From IMG/VR virus record IMGVR_UViG_3300009709_000002, positions 160,001 to 224,000 of that record: a DNA stretch of 64,000 nt. One strand, written 5' to 3'. Shown in pieces: positions 57,601 through 64,000 of this stretch. A model generated the notes under the pieces. It saw nothing but the letters and a program-made list of their open reading frames with translations, did not search any database and was not told where the DNA came from. The position numbers and the translations under genes are program-made. This DNA comes from a virus (lineage: Duplodnaviria; Heunggongvirae; Uroviricota; Caudoviricetes). Within the stretch, counting starts at the first letter, position 1. Each line of letters starts with the position of its first letter.

Positions 57601-58151
57601 ACATCGTTGACATGTACGTGCTGACTCGTGGTTACTACTCGCAGATGCAAAACTACGTGAACGGCGTGCTTTCTGCTCCTCCGACAGCTCCAACATCGCT
57701 GGATCTTCGCACAACGTATGCATCGCTGATCGAGAGCAAGATGCTTTCAGACACGGTTGTAATGCACTCGGCTAACATTAAGATGTTGTTCGGTAACCAA
57801 GCTGACCCTCAGCTTCAAGCTACCTTCAAGATCGTGAAATCTGCTAGCTCGTCATTGACAGATGACCAAGTTCGTATTCAAGCGCTTGATGTAATTCAAA
57901 ACTACTTCACGGTTGATAAGTGGACATTTGGTCAGACGTTTTATGCAACCGATCTGTGCTCGCAGATCCACCAGACGTTTGGTTCTGACGTAGCATCTGT
58001 TGTACTGGTGCCAAACTTCCCGAACAACTACTTCGGTGATTTGTACACGATCACGGCTGGTTCGGATGAGGTCTTTATTAGCTGCGCTCAATTGAGCAAC
58101 GTGCAGATCATTCAGGATCTTAACAGCACTACTCTGAAGCAAAAGTCGTAA
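54642..58151 (+). CDS. gp6: Baseplate wedge subunit
   Basis: FNDYIESS, SILRLAKLVSY, LIFGDGDF and SQNRMVNGQDY. Confidence 0.88.
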   Translation: MTSATSLNAAETWDQVYQAFQQVNFVSYDYNAVKQSLLDYLKFYYPENFNDYIESSQLIAIIETFAYIAEQHAYRIDMSIHENMIDTAARKQSILRLAKLVSYTATRNIPLRGFVKITSVSSSQVLYDSQNNALSNKTINWNDPNNALWKEQFMVIMNAAMTQPFGSPFKSFQIDDTVFQQYEFQNVLESDSASTSFTNGCLPVKTTIAGSTVLFELVPADVDSDTVFERTPSLSEYFTMLYADDGFGDGSMTTGFLMYIKQGTMNRVPYIFTVPIPNQSVNITLNNINDADVWVQEVDATGTLINEWQAVDTVAGQNLQFNVNANLNQYEIESLEDDQIRLIFGDGDFSNIPTGYFNFWVRQSTSGSLVLQQSQMTNQTVTFAYTSSLGNTESITLTYSLTAALQNSSESEDIEHIRTAAPATYYSQNRMVNGQDYNSFVLKDPSILRVMAVNRTFAGQPKYINWNDASGTYQNVKIFGNDLRMYYDISSTVTTESLSSRVLIDQVLEPMLSDPGVYNMLAYAYNQSAAPLNLAYVRPRTTFIEDSTIGIQEKTAIQGALDRHWYGEPDTIVYLASDYTTTNTATLPSKYYAVVNSDTDHLIYDMNLPLVLQNTTNGTYAPLNITPNNVSGIQNTVMRQLQFGIGFNPIRAFQTTGIYINSGSVTTINSADSIANSSINQSTAINEILTVEITDSDGTFTVYSSVNGYYGSGTIGQIYTNGKISFIIGSPSGVTPSEYVTGDAFIITISNAGGVYNATNIARANLVGLFTIIPESQITSTTITDPYNPADPVDNWIIMVERVDDSSGNLLYWIVTQRNFELVVESPTTNFWFDNSTTIVDPDTLLPVVDQVRILKSNLNVTGLQAIGTDQIYNVAGKVNYDNGDVNINALQVTANDAQGTNTDGQGLLANPYQFLNFIGPNDYVYFTTDTTTGNLVPVVATAYIEGLTYTDNVSGIYTRKPGRDMLDFMWQHFTASDSLIDPSPSNIVDMYVLTRGYYSQMQNYVNGVLSAPPTAPTSLDLRTTYASLIESKMLSDTVVMHSANIKMLFGNQADPQLQATFKIVKSASSSLTDDQVRIQALDVIQNYFTVDKWTFGQTFYATDLCSQIHQTFGSDVASVVLVPNFPNNYFGDLYTITAGSDEVFISCAQLSNVQIIQDLNSTTLKQKS

Positions 58152-58171
58152 GTCAAAAGTAGGCCATTTCT

Positions 58172-58206
58172 TATCGCTAGACTATGGAATAAATAGTCTA
58201 GCGATA
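58172..58206 (+). promoter_or_regulatory. Late promoter within a 14-bp inverted repeat
   Basis: TATCGCTAGACTAT / ATAGTCTAGCGATA, with ATAAATA at 58189-58195. Confidence 0.65.
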
Positions 58207-58235
58207 CCTCATTAACAAATAGGCTCAAGCAGATA

Positions 58236-61200
58236 ATGGCTGACTTACAGAAAAAATCAATAGATCTTTCGACACTTCTCCCAAAGCGTTATCGTGATAA
58301 GACGATTAACACGTTGATGAGAAATGTCTTTAACAAACAACTAACCAAGAATGAATCGCAGCCGCTCTTTGGTTATGTTGGCGATCAATCGGTCGCAGCA
58401 GCTGGTGACATCTATATTCAAGAGCCAACTGCAGAACGCCAGATCAATCAGCTTACTCCATTAGTTTATTCACAGCAAGCAACCGTAGAAAATGTCTGGG
58501 GCTGGCAAGACCTGCTTCAAAAGCTTGTAATCTCTGGTGTCGACTACGACACGATCAGCAATTGGTGTAATTCGACGAGCTTTAACTTTGCTCCGCCAAT
58601 TGACTTGGACAAATTTTGTAACTTCAATGAATATCTGTGGATCGGCAACTGGATCTTGAATAGTCCAGGTCTGCCGTATGAGACGCTAGGTATCCCGGTT
58701 GCTGCAGTGCAAGCTGCTCTTGCACGCTCCAACCCAACAGCTATCGCAGAATACTACGTCATTGGACGTGGCACGCTTGACTCAAATGGAAATCCTGTTG
58801 CTCCAATTCCAACGTTGACCTCATGGTCAGATTGGGCATTGTGCAACCTGTGGGTTCACCGTGAAGATGTGATCAGCTTCTACAACAACTTTTCTGGCGT
58901 TATCAGCTTCACAGAGATTTCGCAGGCTACTCGTCCAATCATCGAGTACACTAGCACGATCAAGCTCAACACGTTCGTGAACTCAAGCGGCGCACCAGCT
59001 GACGCAGGAACCGCTGGCGGTGTGGTCAAGAATCGCACGAACCAACCTCCGATGTTTGACCTGTACTACAATGATGGTACGCATACGAACACAGCTTCAT
59101 CTACTTTCTACTACGTAGAAAGTTCTACAGCGCCGGTTGACACGGTCATCGGTCGACGCCTTCTCATTGATACGCTTGATGAGTTCACTTTCGGTCATTC
59201 GTTGCAAAATCCAACGACTGGCGAAATGCTGTACTACAAGGTTTATGAGAACAACGCGTTCCAGCTGCAGACAATTTGGCAAGCTGGTCCTGAAATGTCG
59301 ACTAGCTACGTGCAGTATGACCAAACCGGCAATATGTTGAATGCTGATAAGATCAACAATTTTGCCAACTACTACTGGACGGGAGCTTCTGTTTCTCCGT
59401 CGAATCTACCGTCATACAACCAAGCTGGTAATCCTGAGTACTACGTTATTGACGTAAGTGGTACTAGCGATTGGGCAAAGTACAATTTCTGGGTTCACGT
59501 TTCTACGCTAAAGCGTTCTGACTTGAAGTTCTACATTCAAGCTACGCAACCGATCATTGAGCTTAATGCTCTGTTCGAAGCGTCGTTGCTTGAGCAAAAA
59601 TCTTCTTTCAACCAGATTCCGCTGGTGCAGAAGTATGTCTACGATCAGACGACTGTGGGATACGCGCCTATTCCAGACTCAAACTATCCAACGCTGAATG
59701 ACACCTACTTAGGTGGTGTGATTCTGGCTCGAGTAGCAGATCTTGGACCGCTCGCAGATGTCATCAACAACACGAGTGAAATTCAATCTCAGTGCCTGAC
59801 GATTAATGATGAAGTCTATATTCAAGGTTTGCTGAGCGGATACTACAGCTTCAGCGTAGACGGTCAACCGCTGCCCTTCGCTCCGGTAGCTCCGTCATTC
59901 ACGGGCACTGGAAATGGCACAGCTTCCTCATTCGTTACGAACACAGCGACACTAGCTCCACAGGTTCTGACTCTAACAGCAACATCAGCTACTACATTCA
60001 GCGTAGAAAGCACCGTTTTGACGAACCTGCCAGAGTTGACGGTTAATGAAACTTATACAGGCATCAACGGACTCACGTTTGTTGTGCTTGACGGTACTAT
60101 TCCGTTTGAGGTTGGTGATGCTTTCGCTATTCCATTCAAGACCACGCTTTATACGAGTGGAAATCTGTATGCGAAACAGCAAGAAGTTTACAAGACCTGC
60201 ACGCTAGCAACTGACATTCTTTCATCAGCAACTTCACAAGTCATCGTTCCAGCAGACGTTACGCTGAAGAATGGTTGCTGGGAAGTTCCACCGCAGTTCA
60301 TGTGGAACGTCGTCAATGAGACTCGTGCTCAGGTTGGCCAAGGTGATTTGTTCAATCACTTTGCATCGATCATTCAAGATCAGGCTGGTCTCATCGGTGA
60401 ATATGCTGGTTCAAACAACTGGCGTCAACTTACCAACAAGAATTACGGTCTTGGCGGTACTATCAAGCAATTTGATGGTCGTTTTAGCTTGCTTATCGGC
60501 ATGCTGCTTCAAGAAAATATCACCGTCAACTCATTGGTAGATTTCGCTCAGCAGAATTATGAGCAGATGCTTGCTCAGATCACGTCATATGCCGAAAACA
60601 TTCTGCCAGGCTTGATCGCGACCGGAACAGTGGTTCTTCCAAATGGAACAGACGATATCGATCCAAACATCGTTAGCGCGTTCAAGAAGTACTATCAAGC
60701 AACTACCACGCTTCCAGCCGCTAACACAAACACGACTCTTGATGCCAACATCGCAGAGCTGTTTTATGACACGACTTCAGCGATCTCAAATGTAGTTGTT
60801 ACGCTGCCGTATCTTGGCCTGCTGCCTGCAGTACAGCCTTCCAAGTCGTTTGACGGCAATTTGAACATGAATGTCATCGTTCACCATGACGGCCATGAAA
60901 CTCAGATTCAAAGCGTCAATACTGATCTTCTGAAGCGTATCGTTCAAAAGTCATTCATCCGCTCGAACGGCCAGCAAACTCCAGGTATCATTGGAGGTTT
61001 GACCTACCCGTCACACCCGTTTGCAGGTCAGTACTGGTATGACACTACGACGAATCAGCTATTCTTCTATGATGTAGTGTCGGACACCGGTGAGCTTCCA
61101 GCAACTGCACCATATGGCGGCTATTCATACAACCGTCAGACCAATGAACTCTGGCAGTTCAATGGTGCTGTGTGGACGAACGTTGGTAGCCAAGTTATCG

Positions 61201-64000
61201 TGCTGGCAGATCCATGGACAAATGTTCCTATCGACCAGGTCATCAATAACCTGACGTTGGCGATCGAGCAAGAGCTGTATGAGAATTGCCCGCCACGTAA
61301 CATTGTGCTGGATACTACAGCTCTTCAACAGAATCCTGATTACACGACCTTCATGCAAAGTGCATTTGAAAGCTTTGGTGTGAAGCACAATGTCACGGAT
61401 GTTTACGGAAGCTCATTTGACCAGACAAATCCATTCACGTGGAATTATTCACAAGCTTCCATCAACGGAGTTCCATCTGGAACGGCTACTTGGCAAGGTA
61501 TCTACAAAGCGTTCTATGGTACTTCACGCCCAGATTTGAATCCATGGCTGCTGTGTGGTTACTCGACTGAAGCTGCTTTCTTGGACGCTCTCATTCTGAA
61601 TGGAATTATTCCAGCTGGAACAACCACGTTCACGACTTCAATGTGGCCAGCAGTCTCTACCTTTGTTCTCACGATCAGACAGAATGCAGGTCAAACTACA
61701 GCTGTAAGCGTCAATCAAGCAACCGGTGCACTTCTCCCACCATACGGAACGACTACACAAAACTTGACGCACGTCGTGCCAACTGGTATCGCTAATCGTT
61801 ATGTCTTTGGTCAAAACGGTCCTATCGAGATGGTGTGGAAGACCACGACAGATTATCTCTACGGCCAAGTCAAGACATATTTCCAACTTGACCCGATGGG
61901 CTTCGTGGATAAGACATGGGGCGATGCAACCACCACGGTAGATGGTTACTCGATCGACAAGTATCTTGGCCGTAAGCTCGCGCCAAGCGATATCGTGCTA
62001 CACGGAACTTTGCTGAATTCTGTTAGCTCACAATCATGGGTGACGTATGAAGCTATGTCGCTTCCAGAATACCCAATGACGTATACGTCTGAGGTCGTCA
62101 GCCGCATTGATGGTATCATCAAGCTTACTGGAACAAACTTCACGACTCCGGTGTTTGTTAACATTGCAAATGGTTACCAAGATGCCTTCATTAAGATCAC
62201 CTACACGCCGAATCGTATCGGCTTCAACTGGGGTGATACTTACACGGCGGTGATTGATACGTTTGCTGCGATTACTACATCATACGTTCCACAGTCATAC
62301 TACTACTCGGAAGGCTTCAATCAGCTGTTCGTGCAGTACATGCGCTCTTACAGCAGCGACATCGTCATTTCGACAGATACGGCTTACTTGAAAGATTGGT
62401 CGATTAAGCTTGGCTATCGCTTCGGCGGATTGATTAACTCTGATGTGCTGTCGATGACGATTGACGGTGCAGCGATCGCGACAAAGAATTATACCGTCTT
62501 CCTGAAAGAAAATAAGTTCACAAGCAGCAATTGGTTGAATGCTCTTCGTGTTCAACTTGTTCAGCGTGGTACGTCAAAGAATGTCAATGGTAGCCAAGTT
62601 CCTGCGAAAGGAGCTGCTGGTACTCAGCCTGGTGATGACTGGGTCTACCGTATCGATACTTACAATCCTAACCGCACTGAACTATCGTGGTACACGTATG
62701 ATACGTCAGGCGCTAGCTATGAATTCATGGCGCAAGGCGGAACAGTTACGACTGATGAATGGACTCGTTATCAAGTTGTGGCAAACACGATGACGTTCAA
62801 GGCTCCGTTCTTGGTGACAGGTCTGCAAAACTTGATCACTTTCCTGTTTGGCTACGCTGATTATCTTGCTGCTCAAGGTTGGTTGTTCAATGATCCTAAC
62901 AATCAGCTGCTGAATTCAGCTGGACAGCCGCTTGGTTGGACCACTACTATTGAGGCGTTCATTAGCCAACAGTATGAAGGCGCGACCGCTGGCTCAGCCG
63001 TTAACTTGAATCCATTCTCACAAAATGTTTGGTTCCAGACAGAGACTGGGGTTGTTTCAAACCTGACCGGCAGAATTGGTCTGGAAACAGAAGCGATTCC
63101 AGCTATTCTCGACGTGAATAGTCAACAGATTCCGTCTTCAGAAATGCGTGTATTCCGTGATGAAGCTCTTACACAGATCGTGTTTGATACGCCTCCTTAC
63201 ATTATCCACTTGCTGACCAGTGAATATGAGAATGTGGTTGCATTTGATCAATATGGTGCAGATGATGTGCTGATCTATGATCCATTCCTTGGCCAGATCA
63301 TCAGCCGATTCTTCTTGACAGGTCAACGTCAGCTTAATTTCAATGGTCGCCTTTCATATGGTGGACAGTATTTGTCTGATGGGCAGATGCGCCAAAACAT
63401 GGAGGCAGCCGTTGAAAAGATTCTAACGTTGTATGACACTGATTTGATGGTGACTAACGCACCTGAAACTGCGCACGCTCGCGGGTTGCTTGGTTACCAA
63501 GCTCCATCATACTTCACGCAACGCGGATCAAGCGATATGACAGCATTCCGCTTCTGGCAAGGTATGATCTCTAACAAGGGAACAAACCTGTCGGTTGATG
63601 CGTACATCAATTCTTCCAAGTTCAAGACTTATGAAATTGATGAATACTGGGCTTACAAGGTTGCAACGTATGGTGACGCAAACGGAATCGTCAAGACTGA
63701 AATCAAAGTTCAGCCAGATGATTTCACGTCTGAGCTTACTAACTATCTGATCATTGAATCAGATGAGGTAGCTAATGCTACGGCGTATGAAAATGGAACT
63801 GCAACCACGATTTATGCAGCTTCGACATCATACAACATGACTGCACCATACACTGGTGGTGGATCAATTCCGATCATGCCAACGGATGAAACAAGATGGT
63901 TCAGCTATGAAGACGTAGGCACGCTTCCATACTTTGAAGCACGCTTGATGAATGAAATCACGATCATTCCAGACTCACTTGACAAGATTTATGAGCTGAG
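58236..64000 (+). CDS. Giant baseplate/virion protein (gp7 position), truncated by the window end
   Basis: ATG 58236 (MADLQKKSIDLSTLLP...). The same frame reads open at spot checks near the start, the middle and the end (FAPPIDLDKF, FWQGMISNKGT, DEYWAYKV). It is absent from the track, consistent with no stop in the window. Confidence 0.85.
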   Translation, partial: MADLQKKSIDLSTLLPKRYRDKTINTLMRNVFNKQLTKNESQPLFGYVGDQSVAAAGDIYIQEPTAERQINQLTPLVYSQQATVENVWGWQDLLQKLVISGVDYDTISNWCNSTSFNFAPPIDLDKFCNFNEYLWIGNWILNSPGLPYETLGIPVAAVQAALARSNPTAIAEYYVIGRGTLDSNGNPVAPIPTLTSWSDWALCNLWVHREDVISFYNNFSGVISFTEISQATRPIIEYTSTIKLNTFVNSSGAPADAGTAGGVVKNRTNQPPMFDLYYNDGTHTNTASSTFYYVESSTAPVDTVIGRRLLIDTLDEFTFGHSLQNPTTGEMLYYKVYENNAFQLQTIWQAGPEMSTSYVQYDQTGNMLNADKINNFANYYWTGASVSPSNLPSYNQAGNPEYYVIDVSGTSDWAKYNFWVHVSTLKRSDLKFYIQATQPIIELNALFEASLLEQKSSFNQIPLVQKYVYDQTTVGYAPIPDSNYPTLNDTYLGGVILARVADLGPLADVINNTSEIQSQCLTINDEVYIQGLLSGYYSFSVDGQPLPFAPVAPSFTGTGNGTASSFVTNTATLAPQVLTLTATSATTFSVESTVLTNLPELTVNETYTGINGLTFVVLDGTIPFEVGDAFAIPFKTTLYTSGNLYAKQQEVYKTCTLATDILSSATSQVIVPADVTLKNGCWEVPPQFMWNVVNETRAQVGQGDLFNHFASIIQDQAGLIGEYAGSNNWRQLTNKNYGLGGTIKQFDGRFSLLIGMLLQENITVNSLVDFAQQNYEQMLAQITSYAENILPGLIATGTVVLPNGTDDIDPNIVSAFKKYYQATTTLPAANTNTTLDANIAELFYDTTSAISNVVVTLPYLGLLPAVQPSKSFDGNLNMNVIVHHDGHETQIQSVNTDLLKRIVQKSFIRSNGQQTPGIIGGLTYPSHPFAGQYWYDTTTNQLFFYDVVSDTGELPATAPYGGYSYNRQTNELWQFNGAVWTNVGSQVIVLADPWTNVPIDQVINNLTLAIEQELYENCPPRNIVLDTTALQQNPDYTTFMQSAFESFGVKHNVTDVYGSSFDQTNPFTWNYSQASINGVPSGTATWQGIYKAFYGTSRPDLNPWLLCGYSTEAAFLDALILNGIIPAGTTTFTTSMWPAVSTFVLTIRQNAGQTTAVSVNQATGALLPPYGTTTQNLTHVVPTGIANRYVFGQNGPIEMVWKTTTDYLYGQVKTYFQLDPMGFVDKTWGDATTTVDGYSIDKYLGRKLAPSDIVLHGTLLNSVSSQSWVTYEAMSLPEYPMTYTSEVVSRIDGIIKLTGTNFTTPVFVNIANGYQDAFIKITYTPNRIGFNWGDTYTAVIDTFAAITTSYVPQSYYYSEGFNQLFVQYMRSYSSDIVISTDTAYLKDWSIKLGYRFGGLINSDVLSMTIDGAAIATKNYTVFLKENKFTSSNWLNALRVQLVQRGTSKNVNGSQVPAKGAAGTQPGDDWVYRIDTYNPNRTELSWYTYDTSGASYEFMAQGGTVTTDEWTRYQVVANTMTFKAPFLVTGLQNLITFLFGYADYLAAQGWLFNDPNNQLLNSAGQPLGWTTTIEAFISQQYEGATAGSAVNLNPFSQNVWFQTETGVVSNLTGRIGLETEAIPAILDVNSQQIPSSEMRVFRDEALTQIVFDTPPYIIHLLTSEYENVVAFDQYGADDVLIYDPFLGQIISRFFLTGQRQLNFNGRLSYGGQYLSDGQMRQNMEAAVEKILTLYDTDLMVTNAPETAHARGLLGYQAPSYFTQRGSSDMTAFRFWQGMISNKGTNLSVDAYINSSKFKTYEIDEYWAYKVATYGDANGIVKTEIKVQPDDFTSELTNYLIIESDEVANATAYENGTATTIYAASTSYNMTAPYTGGGSIPIMPTDETRWFSYEDVGTLPYFEARLMNEITIIPDSLDKIYEL

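Noticed and set aside
58544-63326. Short ORFs listed in the last 6 kb
   Set aside because: All lie within the giant plus-strand ORF starting at 58236.
1-64000. tRNA genes, CRISPR array, integrase/att sites, stop-codon reassignment
   Set aside because: None recognised by eye. Core genes are full length in the standard code. tRNAscan-SE would be needed to exclude tRNAs formally.

Overview
The window is 64 kb of a lytic, T4-related large (probably jumbo) myophage genome. No host genes, integrase, tRNA genes or CRISPR array were seen. Left to right it holds: an accessory block (partial ATPase-like gene, GIY-YIG homing endonuclease, myo-inositol-1-phosphate synthase, SGNH-like protein, Acb1-like 2H phosphodiesterase); recombination/replication genes (uvsW, uvsY, groES, uvsX, gp32); packaging, neck and tail genes (gp17, gp16, gp4, gp19, gp15, gp14, gp13); RNA ligase; gp18 sheath; the head module (gp23, gp22, gp21, gp20); a tape measure protein with a transglycosylase domain; gp26/gp51; a ~660 bp structured non-coding region; a Holliday junction resolvase, gp46/47 and the gp55 late sigma; and the baseplate operon, ending in a >1900-codon ORF that runs off the window. 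T4-type late promoters (TAAATA core) and sigma70-like promoters can be read directly. The strongest novel-looking signals are: (1) a tandem, covarying RNA motif in the ~200-nt leader of the inositol-phosphate synthase gene (riboswitch or operator candidate); (2) a family of unrelated proteins, including enzymes, sharing T4 internal-protein-like capsid-targeting N-termini, which suggests an injected enzyme cargo; (3) a candidate -1 frameshift fusing gp26 to gp51; (4) a hairpin-dense non-coding locus; and (5) RBS-sequestering hairpins with built-in late promoters in front of three nucleases. Product calls rest on motifs and gene order recognised by eye; no database search or folding program was run.
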